Positions 18,021 to 27,774 of a stretch of 64,000 nucleotides of DNA are shown one piece after another (the first letter of the stretch is position 1; each line of letters starts with the position of its first letter). The notes under the pieces are model-generated. The model was given only the letters and a program-made list of their open reading frames with translations. It made no database searches and was not told where the DNA came from. The DNA comes from an uncultured Thermomicrobiales bacterium (GTDB lineage Bacteria; Chloroflexota; Chloroflexia; Thermomicrobiales; UBA6265). A program made the translations under genes and the position numbers. Location of the stretch: contig CADCWF010000276.1 of NCBI GenBank assembly GCA_902806345.1, positions 596-64,595 of the forward strand. The letters run 5' to 3'.

Positions 18021-19406
18021 CTAGCCCTCGATCGTCACCGGACAGAAGCGGCCGAGCTGTGCCTGCACCCGCTCCTTGGCCGCCGCCAGGGCAGCCTCCG
18101 GCTCCGCCTCGTTCAGGTAGACGGCCTGCCAGGCAGCGGTCAGTTCGTCCCAGTACTTGGCGCCGACCGGCAGCGGTGGCCGGGTCTTGGCGATCGGCAG
18201 GAGGTCCTGGCTGAAGAAGCGGTGGCGCTCGGTAAAGAGCGCATCGTCGGCGAGCAGGGCCTCCCAAGTCGGCAGGTGGGCGCTCTCCTTGGTGTAGATC
18301 CGCTGCCCCGGCTCGCCTGCGACCCACTTCATGAACTCGAACGCCGCCTCGGGCTGCTTCGCCCCCTGGGGCATCGCCAGCGACCAGCCGCCGGCCCAGG
18401 TCGCCGATTCGTCGCCCTCGTTCGGTACCGGGATGAAGGTGATCCCATAGTCCATCTCCGGGGCGTAGGTGCGGAGTTGGTTGATCATCCAGTCGCCGGT
18501 GATTTGCATCGCCAGGTTGCCGGTGATGAAGGGGTGCTGCTGGGGCGGGAAGCCGGGCTGCATCGTCGGGCTGCCGAAGGCGCTGACCTGCTGCGCGCCC
18601 AGCTCCTGGCAGTAGTCGTAAACCCACTGGAAGGCGGCGACCACCTGCGGGTTGTCAGGGGTCACCTCGCAGGCTGCGGCGTCGAAGAACTCGCCGCCCC
18701 AGGAGAAGCCGTAGGTGTAGTGCCAGCCCTGGTTGACCCAGGGGACAAAGCCCATCGTCGTGTAGTTGCCGTCCGGCCCCGTTTCGTTCAGCCCGTTCGC
18801 GATCTCCTTGACCGCATCCCAGGTGGCGGGGCCGTTGGCGGGATCGAGGACGGCGTGGTCGACTCCCGCAGCTTCCAGCATCCCCCGGTTGTAGTAGAGG
18901 GCGCGGGCGTCGGTGTTGTGGGGCAGGGCATAGGGTTTGCCGTCGTAGGTCGCCTCAGCGCGGGCAAAGGGGAGGTGGTTCTCGAGCAAGGTGTAGCCGC
19001 CCGGGAAGGCGGTCAGATCCTGGAGGACGCCGTCGGCGGCGCGTTGGGCGACGATGAAGCGGTCGAGGAAGTAGACATCGGGGCCGATGCCACCGCGGAC
19101 CGCGGTCATCAACTTGGAGGTGTCGGTCACCTCGGCCGGCGGGATCTGGACCAACTCAGCCGGAACCGCCGGCGACTCGCCGTTGTAGGTCTCGACGATC
19201 CCCTTCATGACGGCCAAGTCGGGGTCGGTCATCGCCGTCCAGAAGACGACCGGCTCGCCCTGGGCGCGGGCCGGGACGATGGTCCGGGCGCCGGTGATGG
19301 CGGCGGCGCCGAGGCCGGCGGCGCCCCTGAGGACGTTACGCCGGCTGGCGCGGCGGCCGGCGGTGCGGTCGGCGGGTCGTGGGAAGGCGTCGCTGCCAAA
19401 GCCCAT
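18021..19406 (-). CDS. ABC transporter solute-binding protein (family 1) with Tat signal
   Basis: Track ORF of 461 aa. SRRNVLRGAAGLGAAAITGARTIVPARAQ. GGAGG lies upstream of the ATG. Confidence 0.85.
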   Translation of the reverse strand: MGFGSDAFPRPADRTAGRRASRRNVLRGAAGLGAAAITGARTIVPARAQGEPVVFWTAMTDPDLAVMKGIVETYNGESPAVPAELVQIPPAEVTDTSKLMTAVRGGIGPDVYFLDRFIVAQRAADGVLQDLTAFPGGYTLLENHLPFARAEATYDGKPYALPHNTDARALYYNRGMLEAAGVDHAVLDPANGPATWDAVKEIANGLNETGPDGNYTTMGFVPWVNQGWHYTYGFSWGGEFFDAAACEVTPDNPQVVAAFQWVYDYCQELGAQQVSAFGSPTMQPGFPPQQHPFITGNLAMQITGDWMINQLRTYAPEMDYGITFIPVPNEGDESATWAGGWSLAMPQGAKQPEAAFEFMKWVAGEPGQRIYTKESAHLPTWEALLADDALFTERHRFFSQDLLPIAKTRPPLPVGAKYWDELTAAWQAVYLNEAEPEAALAAAKERVQAQLGRFCPVTIEG

Positions 19407-19504
19407 CGGTGACCTCCATTTCGGTTGGGCGCCAGCGTCGCTGCCGGCACGGTCTTCGCGGCACCCACCCCCTCGCGGATGCCCGGACCCCGTTGCGTGC
19501 GAGC

Positions 19505-19532
19505 ACTATATTCCCGTGACGAACGGTGTCAA
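19505..19532 (-). promoter_or_regulatory. Near-consensus sigma-70-type promoter for the 19406-15951 ABC operon
   Basis: The minus strand reads TTGACA-N16-TATAGT, about 95 nt upstream of the SBP ATG. This is an AT-rich island in a 70% GC context. Confidence 0.5.
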
Positions 19533-19647
19533 GCGCGCCGCGATGCCGCACCACGAGCGCTGCCGGGTTGATCCACGTCGATTCTGGCGCTGGCGATGTC
19601 TGGCCGTTCCGGCACCGGCATCGGCGGCGGGTCGGCACTCCCGCGTC

Positions 19648-20349
19648 CTACCGATAGCCCGTCATGCGCTTCGCCCCGTCGAGGTCGAACGCCTCGGAGC
19701 GGGCGAACGCCATCAGTTCGCCCTCCTGCTCGCGGACGCGGCGGACCGCATCCGGCAGGCCCGGCAGTGCCGCCCGCGGCACGACGACGATCCCGTTGGC
19801 GTCCCCGTGGAGGAGGTCGCCGGTGCGGACCGGCTGGCCGGCGATCACAACATCGGCGCCGATTTCGTCGAGCCAGAAGTTGGCGTGGGAGACGCAGAGG
19901 CCAGCGGCGAAGAGGGCGAAGCCCAGCGGCCGGACCTGGTCGATGTCGCGGACCATGCCGTCGGTGACGAAGCCGACCGCGCCGAGGCGGCCGGCGACCG
20001 AGGCCATCACGTCGCCGGAGCAGGCATAGCGGCCCGGCGTCGCCGAGCGGTCCTGGGCGACGATGACGGAAGGCGCCGGCATCCGTTCGAGGGCGTCCAT
20101 CATCGCCCAGAAGCCGACCATCCCGACGACCGGCCCGGGCGCGTTCTGTGCCGCCACGGTCAGCGCGTAGCCGACGGTCGGCGGCCGCTCCGGGTAGAGG
20201 CAGCGGACCTGTCCGCCGACGAAGCCTTCGGTGCGGTCGCGGAGACCGAGGAGCTCGATCGCGTTGGCGACGGTCGGGCTGTCGACCGACCTGAGGAATG
20301 CCAGGTCAGACGCTTCGACCGGTTCGCCCGTCACCGTGGCTCGTTCCAT
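19648..20349 (-). CDS. RraA-like family protein (RraA/HMG-CHA aldolase/demethylmenaquinone methyltransferase-like), paralog 1
   Basis: Internal ATG at 20349 follows GGGGGAG. The product MERATVTGEPVEASDLAFLRSVDSPTVANAIE... is about 65% identical by eye to the 25696-26391 product. Confidence 0.75.
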   Translation of the reverse strand: MERATVTGEPVEASDLAFLRSVDSPTVANAIELLGLRDRTEGFVGGQVRCLYPERPPTVGYALTVAAQNAPGPVVGMVGFWAMMDALERMPAPSVIVAQDRSATPGRYACSGDVMASVAGRLGAVGFVTDGMVRDIDQVRPLGFALFAAGLCVSHANFWLDEIGADVVIAGQPVRTGDLLHGDANGIVVVPRAALPGLPDAVRRVREQEGELMAFARSEAFDLDGAKRMTGYR

Positions 20350-20633
20350 CTGCTCCCCCGAATCGGCGTCACCGCGCATCGCCGTCGTCCCCGTCCGCAT
20401 CGTGCCGTCGCGTGCCACGGCGTGGCCCCGCCGGCGGGTATGCGTCTCCACCCGCCGCAGGGATGCACGGGATCATTCTCGCCGCCGCGGTCATCCGCTG
20501 CGGGACATTACCACCGGGGAGGCCCCGGGCGCGCTTTCATCCGAAACGGGTGATCCGGTGATCCGTCTGCGCTCGCGCCTGACGCACATCCCCCATCATT
20601 CCGAGCCCGCGGCAGAGCATCTCGCTCCAGTGC

Positions 20634-20674
20634 GGGGATCCGCCGAACGGGCGACGCCGATTCGGCGGATCCCC
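20634..20674. repeat. Perfect 14-bp stem hairpin
   Basis: ggggatccgccgaa-N13-ttcggcggatcccc. Downstream of the 20759 regulator stop, with no U-tract. Confidence 0.5.
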
Positions 20675-20758
20675 CGAGCGGAGAACCTTCGCTTCGCCCC
20701 GGATGAAGGAGTTGGCCGGGACGACGGGGGGAGGCAAACCGGTGTCCCGGATTCCGCG

Positions 20759-23194
20759 TTATTTCGTGGCGGCGAGGGGCCGAAGCGCTCTCCGGTGGCA
20801 CGGTTCCACGGTCCGGGTGCCGGCTTCGTCACGGCGCTCCCGGTCGGCCGCCGCCCGCGCGATCGCCTCCCCGTCTCGGAGCCACTCGGCGGGACCGGAG
20901 GCGGCCCCCAGCTTGCACGCGGCGGCGAACGCCGCCGGGCCGATGGCCGACCGGCTCGCGGCGGCAGCCCGGTCGTACAACTCCTTGACGGCTCCGCCGA
21001 GGTGTTGCCCCGTCTGCTCGAGGCTGCGGTCGGCCGCGCCGATCAGGCGACCGGCCGCTTCGTGCGACGCGATGTTGGAGGCGACCACGGCCAGACCCAC
21101 GAGCCCCAGGTGCTGGATCATGGAGGCCTTCTGCTCGGAGGCGATGCGGACGCTGTCGGAGAAGTGCATCGCCGCCTCGGCGCATCGCCCTTCCGTGATC
21201 GAGAACCGGCCCCGAATCCATCTGGTCGATGCGAGCCAACCGATCCCGCCCATCCCGGCCAGGATCTCGTCGGCCTTGTCTTCCAGCGCGCGTGCCCTGG
21301 TGAAATCTCCTTGTTCGAAGGCGAAGACGCCGAGGAACATGAGCGCGAAGCCGGACAGTCCCTGGACGCCCGCCTGCTCCCACAGGCGAAGCTCTTCATC
21401 GAACAGCGCTTCCGCCTGCTCCGCCTTCCCGCATTTCACGCGGATCATCGCCAGGCAATGGACGATCGCGGCGCGCCACCCGGTGTCGCCGAGCGCCTCG
21501 GCAGTCGCGAGCGCCTCGTTCGCCAGCCGGTCGGCCGTTTCCGTCATCCCCAGGTGCGAGGAGAGATGGCTCGCCCAGTACAGCCCTTGCAGCCGCACCT
21601 CCGGCCGGGGCACGGGAGCGTCGAGTGCCTGCTCGAACCACGACCAGGCTTCGTCGGCCGGACCTCGGTTGTAGAGATAGTGGCCGAACGCCGTGGCGAA
21701 CTCGAACAGGCCCTCCCGATCGTCGTCGGCCGCCAGGTGATGGTAGGCCGCCCGGATGTTGCCCCGCTCCCGATCCACCATCGCGACCCACGGTTCCGGC
21801 ACGATGCAGTTCGGGATTCCGTCACCGTGGATCGCGAGGCTCCGGCAGTAGCCGGCGAGCAGATCGTGCGCCGCCCGTAGTTCCCGGCGCTCGATCAGCT
21901 GCGCGATCCCGTACTCCCGGATGGTCTCGAACATGGAGAAGCGCATGCCGTCCGGCGAATCGCTGGTCCGGACGACCAGGTTGTTGTCGGTCAGCGTCGC
22001 AAGCGCGTCGATCGCTCCGACGCCGTCTGCGGGGTGCCGCGCCACCAGCCATTCGACGGTATCGAGCGTGAACCCGCCCACGAACACGGTCAGCCGGCGG
22101 AACAACCACTGCGCATCCGGATCCAGGAGGTTGTAGCTCCAGGCAATCGTGTCGGCCATGGTCTGCTGGCGCCGGGGCGCATCCCGAGAGCCTCGGGTCA
22201 GGAGCGGGAGACACTGCTCGAGGCGATCGAGGAGCAGCTGCGGCGATAGGACGTTTGCCCGGGAGGCGGCGAGCTCGATCGCCAGCGGGAGCCCGTCGAG
22301 GCGCCTGCAAATCCGCGCCACCGCCTCGGCGTTCTCGGCGGTGAGGACGAAATCACGTTGGACCGCCCGCGCGCGCTCGACGAACAAGCGCACCGCATCG
22401 ATCTCCTGGATGTCCCGGATCGTGGCGTCGGGCGCCGACAGCGTCAGCGGGGCGACGGGGTACTCGCGCTCCGCCGACACTCGCAGCCGGGCGCGGCTGG
22501 TCGCGAGCACGGTAAGGGACGGAGCCGCGGCAAGGAGTTCGGAGACGGCGGGCGCCGCATCGATCACCTGCTCGAAGTTGTCGAGGACGAGGAGAAACCG
22601 CCGATCGGCGAAGAGGCGACAGAGTGCTTCGATTCCGGGCCGGCGATCCGTCTCGACGATGCCGAGCCCGTCGCAGATTGCCTTGATGACCGCACGGGGG
22701 TCGAGGAGCGGAGCGAGATCGATCCACCCCACACCACCAGGGAAGCAGGCGTCGGTCCCGGATGCGACCGCCAGCGCGAGCCGGGTCTTGCCCACGCCCC
22801 CCGGACCGGTCAACGTGACCATGCGCGCCCCACCAGAGGCCAGTTCGCCTGCGAGATCCTCGACCTCGTGGTGACGGCCGACCAACGGGGTTTGGGGGGC
22901 CGGCGGTGACCGGCGAGCAAGCGGGGCAGCGAGGGGCTGGCGAAGCGTGATCTCGATCAACGGGGTCTGCGCGGCCCGGGCCAGCAGAGCCCGATCTTCC
23001 GGCGGCAGATCGAGGGCATCGGCCAGCATGCGCACCGTTTCGAAGCGGGCGCAGGCGCGCTGGCCGCGCTCCAGGTCGCTGATCGCGCGGGCGCTGGCGC
23101 CGGAACGAGCCGCCAGCTCCTCCTGGCTCAACGCGGCCCGCTGACGTAGGCGACGGAGGATGCGACCGAGAGGTTCCGGCGCTGGAATCGACAT
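20759..23194 (-). CDS. XRE-HTH / NB-ARC-type P-loop ATPase / TPR transcriptional regulator (STAND class)
   Basis: N-terminal HTH LSQEELAARSGASARAISDLERG, Walker A GPGGVGKTRLA, and a long C-terminal helical-repeat region. 811 aa. Confidence 0.8.
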   Translation of the reverse strand: MSIPAPEPLGRILRRLRQRAALSQEELAARSGASARAISDLERGQRACARFETVRMLADALDLPPEDRALLARAAQTPLIEITLRQPLAAPLARRSPPAPQTPLVGRHHEVEDLAGELASGGARMVTLTGPGGVGKTRLALAVASGTDACFPGGVGWIDLAPLLDPRAVIKAICDGLGIVETDRRPGIEALCRLFADRRFLLVLDNFEQVIDAAPAVSELLAAAPSLTVLATSRARLRVSAEREYPVAPLTLSAPDATIRDIQEIDAVRLFVERARAVQRDFVLTAENAEAVARICRRLDGLPLAIELAASRANVLSPQLLLDRLEQCLPLLTRGSRDAPRRQQTMADTIAWSYNLLDPDAQWLFRRLTVFVGGFTLDTVEWLVARHPADGVGAIDALATLTDNNLVVRTSDSPDGMRFSMFETIREYGIAQLIERRELRAAHDLLAGYCRSLAIHGDGIPNCIVPEPWVAMVDRERGNIRAAYHHLAADDDREGLFEFATAFGHYLYNRGPADEAWSWFEQALDAPVPRPEVRLQGLYWASHLSSHLGMTETADRLANEALATAEALGDTGWRAAIVHCLAMIRVKCGKAEQAEALFDEELRLWEQAGVQGLSGFALMFLGVFAFEQGDFTRARALEDKADEILAGMGGIGWLASTRWIRGRFSITEGRCAEAAMHFSDSVRIASEQKASMIQHLGLVGLAVVASNIASHEAAGRLIGAADRSLEQTGQHLGGAVKELYDRAAAASRSAIGPAAFAAACKLGAASGPAEWLRDGEAIARAAADRERRDEAGTRTVEPCHRRALRPLAATK

Positions 23195-23506
23195 CGGGCG
23201 GCTCCAAGCGTGCTTGCCCGATAGCGGAGATGAGGTCGATCCATCTTAGCAGATAGCCTTAACGCTGCCGGCGGCAAGTCGCCGCTGCTCAAGGCTGAGC
23301 GCCGGGCCGTCGTCGAATCCGCCGAAACGGTGAGCGAACGGTGAGTCGCCGTCGTGGATAACGCCGATCGCGAAGGGCAGGATACGGAACCAGGGATCAG
23401 GACGATCCTTGCCGTTCGATCGGAAGCCGTCGTCGGCATCGTCCGAGACGGCGAGTCGATTCGGCGACATCACAACCGGTCGTCCCCCGCGAACAGGAGG
23501 GAATCG

Positions 23507-24418
23507 ATGCGCTCCCGGCTCCGGCTCCTTTTTCTCGGACTGGCCATGGCGGTCATGGCCGGACTCCATGGCGGCACGCCCGGGCACGCCCAGGATTCCG
23601 CCGGCGAAGGGTATGCCCATCCCGAATGGTTCGCCGAGGCCGATTGGCTTCGGCAGAATCTCGCGGCCGATGACGTGGCGATCGTGGCGCTGACCCCCGC
23701 CGAGGAGTTCGTCGCCGGCCACATCCCGGGCGCGGCCCAGATCGATTGGAAAGCCCTCGAGGTCGTCGAGACGTCGGATGCCTCGGTGGCGAACTGGCGG
23801 GCCGACGTCGAGGCGACGCTCTCCGAGCTCGGGATCGAGCGGGACGACACCGTGGTGGTCTACGACGGGGGCACATTCATCGCCGCCCGGCTCTGGTGGA
23901 TCCTCCACCAGCTCGGCCACGACGATGTCCGCGTCTTGAACGGAGGCTTGGCGGCCTGGGTCGCCGAAGGCGGCGACGTGGAAGCGGGCGAGAGCACCGT
24001 GGAGCCGTCCGCCGTGCCCTACGTCGGCGAGCCGAACGCGGAGTCCCTCGTCCAGATCACGGAGGCCGAGGCGGCCCTCGACCGGGCAGACACGGTCTTC
24101 GTCGATGCCCGCAGATTCGAAGACGAGTACGCCGTCGGCCACATCCCGGGGGCGGTCAACGTGCCCTTCATGGCCAACGCGGAAGCGGACGGCCCGAAGC
24201 TCTGGAAACCCGCCGCCGAGCTGCGGGCCATGTACGAGGAGGCCGGCATCACCCCCGATCGCCCCGTCATCGCCTACTGCGCGACGGGCGTCCGATCGTC
24301 GGTGACCTACTTCGCCCTGCGCCAACTCGGCTATGAGGATGTCGCGGTCTTCACCGGATCGTTCGTCGAGTGGAGCAGCGACCCGGCGCGGCCGGTGACG
24401 ACGGGCGAAGCGCCGTAA
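23507..24418 (+). CDS. Secreted tandem-rhodanese sulfurtransferase (SseA/thiosulfate sulfurtransferase-like)
   Basis: ATG at 23507 follows AGGAGGG. Signal peptide MRSRLRLLFLGLAMAVMAGL. Two rhodanese domains. Active-site loop YCATGVRSS. Confidence 0.8.
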   Translation: MRSRLRLLFLGLAMAVMAGLHGGTPGHAQDSAGEGYAHPEWFAEADWLRQNLAADDVAIVALTPAEEFVAGHIPGAAQIDWKALEVVETSDASVANWRADVEATLSELGIERDDTVVVYDGGTFIAARLWWILHQLGHDDVRVLNGGLAAWVAEGGDVEAGESTVEPSAVPYVGEPNAESLVQITEAEAALDRADTVFVDARRFEDEYAVGHIPGAVNVPFMANAEADGPKLWKPAAELRAMYEEAGITPDRPVIAYCATGVRSSVTYFALRQLGYEDVAVFTGSFVEWSSDPARPVTTGEAP

Positions 24419-24629
24419 GCGCGGGGCCGCTCCGACGCCGGAGCGTCCAAGGGGGGGTGATGAATGCAAGCGGCCCGCACCGTGACCGTCGAGGGACGCG
24501 GGCCACCGGGAGAACCGGTTGCCTGTCACCGGCGGCCATCGGCATCGCGTCCAAGTAGGGAGGCGGGGATCCGCGCGGTTGCGGTCCCCCGGTCGGCAGA
24601 GACGTTGTTGGATTGAAGGGACAACCGCC

Positions 24630-25241
24630 ATGGACATCAGAGACACCATTGCCGAAGCGATCGCCCCGGTGACACGCCCCGACTTCTCCCGTCGGGCGGC
24701 GGTCCGCGGCTTGGTCGGGGGCGGGCTCGCTGCGATGCTGCTCGCCTTTCAATCTCGGCGCCTTGCCGCCCAGGATGCCACCCCCACCGGGGCGACGGGC
24801 ACGACGGCCCAGATCCTGGGCGGCGGCCAGCTGACCGCGGCGCCGGGGATGGAGCTCACGCTGCGGCGGATCTTCCCCGCGCCAGGGGGCCGGGTTCCCG
24901 CCCACAGCCACCCCGGCGCCCTGGTCATCGCGGTCGAGGCCGGCACCTGGGGCTACACGCCGCTGGGCGGCACGGCGGTGCTGACGCGAGCGGGAACCGG
25001 CGCCACGCCCGCCGCCGGCGCTGCCGCTGCCACGCCCGGGGGGCTGACGTTCGGCGGGGGTGCTCCCGCCGCGGGCGAGGAACTGCCGCTCGGGGCGGAG
25101 GTGCTCCTCACCGCCGGGGACTGGCTCTTCGTCGAGGACCCCGAGGACGATGTCCGCAACGCCGGCGACGACGACGTGGTGCTGCTGGTCGCCGGCCTGA
25201 CCCGCGTGGGCGAGCCGTTCACGTCGTTCTTCGCGCCCTGA
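24630..25241 (+). CDS. Tat-exported cupin-like protein
   Basis: ATG at 24630. SRRAAVRGLVGGGLAAMLL twin-arginine signal. His-containing beta-barrel segment VPAHSHPGALVIAVEAG. Confidence 0.6.
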   Translation: MDIRDTIAEAIAPVTRPDFSRRAAVRGLVGGGLAAMLLAFQSRRLAAQDATPTGATGTTAQILGGGQLTAAPGMELTLRRIFPAPGGRVPAHSHPGALVIAVEAGTWGYTPLGGTAVLTRAGTGATPAAGAAAATPGGLTFGGGAPAAGEELPLGAEVLLTAGDWLFVEDPEDDVRNAGDDDVVLLVAGLTRVGEPFTSFFAP

Positions 25242-25619
25242 GTAACCCGCTGTCAATCGCATTGTCAGCAGCAGAAGGAGGGATGGACCACGCGTCGTCC
25301 CTGAATCCCGCTCGCCACCACCGCCGCCGTGCGGCCTGGGGCGGGGTCCGGGCGGAACTTGGGTTCCGTGACCGCCCGGGACGGCGCATCCATCACCAGG
25401 CAGCCAACTGCCGGAGCATGGCGGTGAGTCGACGATCCCACGGACCCGGCGACCGGCAGCTCCGCCGTCGTCCACACCGACGGCACCTCCGTCGAGGTGC
25501 GCACCTTCGGCGCCGTCGCCGTCGGCGTCGGGGAGGCGACGGGGGAACGCTCCGTCGATCTCACCTTCGCGAGTGGGCCGGGGCCGTGTCATCGTCCCGC
25601 TTCGGCGGGCCCCGACGCT

Positions 25620-25647
25620 CCAGCCCGGCCGTCAACGGCCGGGCTGG
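25620..25647. terminator. Strong hairpin between convergent transcription units
   Basis: ccagcccggccg-tcaa-cggccgggctgg, a perfect 12-bp stem, 49 nt beyond the RraA-like paralog 2 stop. Confidence 0.5.
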
Positions 25648-25695
25648 ACTGCGTAGACGCGGGTCCGCTCACGGCGATCCCGGCTTGACGCTCCG

Positions 25696-26391
25696 CTAAC
25701 GATACCCCGTCAGCTTCTTCGCCCCCTCCAGCGTGAACCCCTCCGAGCGGGCGAAGGCCATCAACTCGCCCTCCCGCTCACGGACGCGGTTCACGGCGTC
25801 CGGCAGGCCGGAGAGCACCTCGCGGGGGACGAGCACGATCCCGTTGGCGTCGCCGTGGAGGAGGTCGCCGGTGCGGACCGTCTGGCCGTCGAGGAGGACG
25901 TCGACGCCGACCTCCTCGATCCAGAAGTTGGCGTGGGAGACGCAGACCCCGGAGGCGAAGTAGGCAAGGCCGAGGGCGCGCACCTCGTGGACGTCACGCA
26001 CGGTGCCGTCGGTGACGTAGCCGACGGCGCCCAGCCGCTGCGCCATCGTCGCCATCACCTCGCCGCAGAAGGCGACCCGCTCCGGGTGGCCGCTGGTGTC
26101 CTGGACCACGACGACCGACGGCGCCGGCATCGCCGCGAGCGCCTCAAACATCGCCCAGAACCCCTCGCGCCCCTTCACCGGCCCCGGCTGGTCGTTCATC
26201 GTCACCGTCAGCGCGTAGCCGACCATGGGTGGCAGGTCGGGGAACAGGCTCTTGACGTGGCCGCCGATGAACCCCTCGGTGCGGTCCCGCACCTGAAAGG
26301 GCTCGACCGCGTTGGCGACCGTCGGGCTGTCCACCCCGCGCAGGAACGCGAGGTCATCCTCGGTGATCGGCTCGATCGTCGGCAGACCCAT
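25696..26391 (-). CDS. RraA-like family protein, paralog 2
   Basis: Internal ATG at 26391 follows GAGGGGGAG. MGLPTIEPITEDDLAFLRGVDSPTVANAVE... Shares the C-terminal tail REGELMAFARSE..L.GAK..TGYR with paralog 1. Confidence 0.75.
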   Translation of the reverse strand: MGLPTIEPITEDDLAFLRGVDSPTVANAVEPFQVRDRTEGFIGGHVKSLFPDLPPMVGYALTVTMNDQPGPVKGREGFWAMFEALAAMPAPSVVVVQDTSGHPERVAFCGEVMATMAQRLGAVGYVTDGTVRDVHEVRALGLAYFASGVCVSHANFWIEEVGVDVLLDGQTVRTGDLLHGDANGIVLVPREVLSGLPDAVNRVREREGELMAFARSEGFTLEGAKKLTGYR

Positions 26392-26571
26392 CTGCACCGC
26401 TCCCCCTCGTGGTTCGCCAATCCGCGCCACGATTGTCGCCCGCCATGGCCGCGCTGGGAAGTCACGGCGGCAGGATGGCGAGGCGGTGGGGCCGACACGA
26501 GAAGAAGGGAGGCGCGATTCGGCTCCGCGCCTCCGAGCCCCCGCGATCGCTCGATTCCTTCCCGCTCCGCG

Positions 26572-27453
26572 CTACGCGACCGAAAACACCTGGACCATCC
26601 CCAGCATCACGTGCGGCGCCCCCGTCTCTTCGTCGGGGAAGAAGCAGACCGCTCCGTAGGTCCCAACCGCCAGGTCGAGCGCCAGGTAGAGCGACTGCCC
26701 GGTTGACAGCGTCGAGCAGCCGCCGACGGTCGACGGTCCCGCCGGCCCGCTCTCGTCCGTCGGCGGCGGTCCGCTCATCGTCGCCGCCAGCTCCTCCAGG
26801 AACTGCGCCTGGGTCGTTCCCTCCGGCAGCTGGCCGACGGTCATGAGGTGCGGTTGCCTGCCGGCGTTCGTCACCCTCCAGATCTGGGGCCCGGCGACAA
26901 GCGGCTCCTCCAGACCGACGAAAGCGAATTCCTGCATCGTCACATCGACGGCGGCGTTCACGGTCGGCGGCGCGGGCGGCGTGCCGTCTCCCCCGCTCAC
27001 CGTCAGCACCGATGGCGCCAACGGCGCCGGGCTGAAGACCCCCCAGTCGCCCGCCGTCAAGAGCACGACCGCCTGGGCCGACGTCCCGGCCGGCACCCAG
27101 GGCGCGCCGGCGAAGGTCGACTCGAAGACCCAGGCCGGCGGCGCCGCGGTCGGTGTCGCGACGGCGGCCAAGAGGCCCTCGATGGTCTCGCCGCGCGGCA
27201 ACAGCATGATGTCGGCGCCGGTGTCGCCCGCCTCTTGCCGATTCTCCAGCGTGACGAGGGTCCAGCCGGCGACGGCAGTCGGCGGGGTGAGCTGATACCC
27301 CGCGTCTGTGATCGTCACTGTCACCTCCGGCAGCCCCAGCCCGCCGAGGTCCGCCGCCGCCTGCGCCTGCACGGCGCGGCCACCTACCATCACCCCGGCG
27401 AAGGGGACGACCACCGCACCCCCGATGAGCCGCGCAAACGCTCGCCGATCCAT
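26572..27453 (-). CDS. Tat-exported two-domain cupredoxin-like protein
   Basis: ATG at 27453 follows AAGGAG. MDRRAFARLIGGAVVVPFAG signal. The second domain has QPH...C-x10-H-x4-M (AVCFFPDEETGAPHVMLGM), reminiscent of type-1 copper ligands. Confidence 0.55.
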   Translation of the reverse strand: MDRRAFARLIGGAVVVPFAGVMVGGRAVQAQAAADLGGLGLPEVTVTITDAGYQLTPPTAVAGWTLVTLENRQEAGDTGADIMLLPRGETIEGLLAAVATPTAAPPAWVFESTFAGAPWVPAGTSAQAVVLLTAGDWGVFSPAPLAPSVLTVSGGDGTPPAPPTVNAAVDVTMQEFAFVGLEEPLVAGPQIWRVTNAGRQPHLMTVGQLPEGTTQAQFLEELAATMSGPPPTDESGPAGPSTVGGCSTLSTGQSLYLALDLAVGTYGAVCFFPDEETGAPHVMLGMVQVFSVA

Positions 27454-27774
27454 CACGATCTCCTTCTTGCCACCCCGCCGACCGGCCCCGCCACCCGAGT
27501 CAGGACCGGCTCTTGGCCGCGATGGCACGGCTCATCGCTGGCGACAGTCGGCGCCGCCGTGATACGCCCGGTCAGGAGCTCACAGGACGACCATCGCGCC
27601 AGCGAACCCAGCCCGGTCCGCTGCCGATCTGGCAGCAACCACGCTAACGGGGAGCACCAGGCCTGTCGTGAGCAAGATTCCCCAGAGACCCGGTCCGGTG
27701 GTGGCGCCAACACCCGGTTACCGAACCCGCACGAGTTACCGAACCTCCTGCCATACTGCGGGCGGAGCTGCGGC

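Noticed and set aside
26848-27774. A 309-aa N-terminal extension of the LuxR-type regulator ORF.
   Set aside because: It is antisense to the cupredoxin-like gene and Arg-rich. The recognisable protein starts at ATG 27775.
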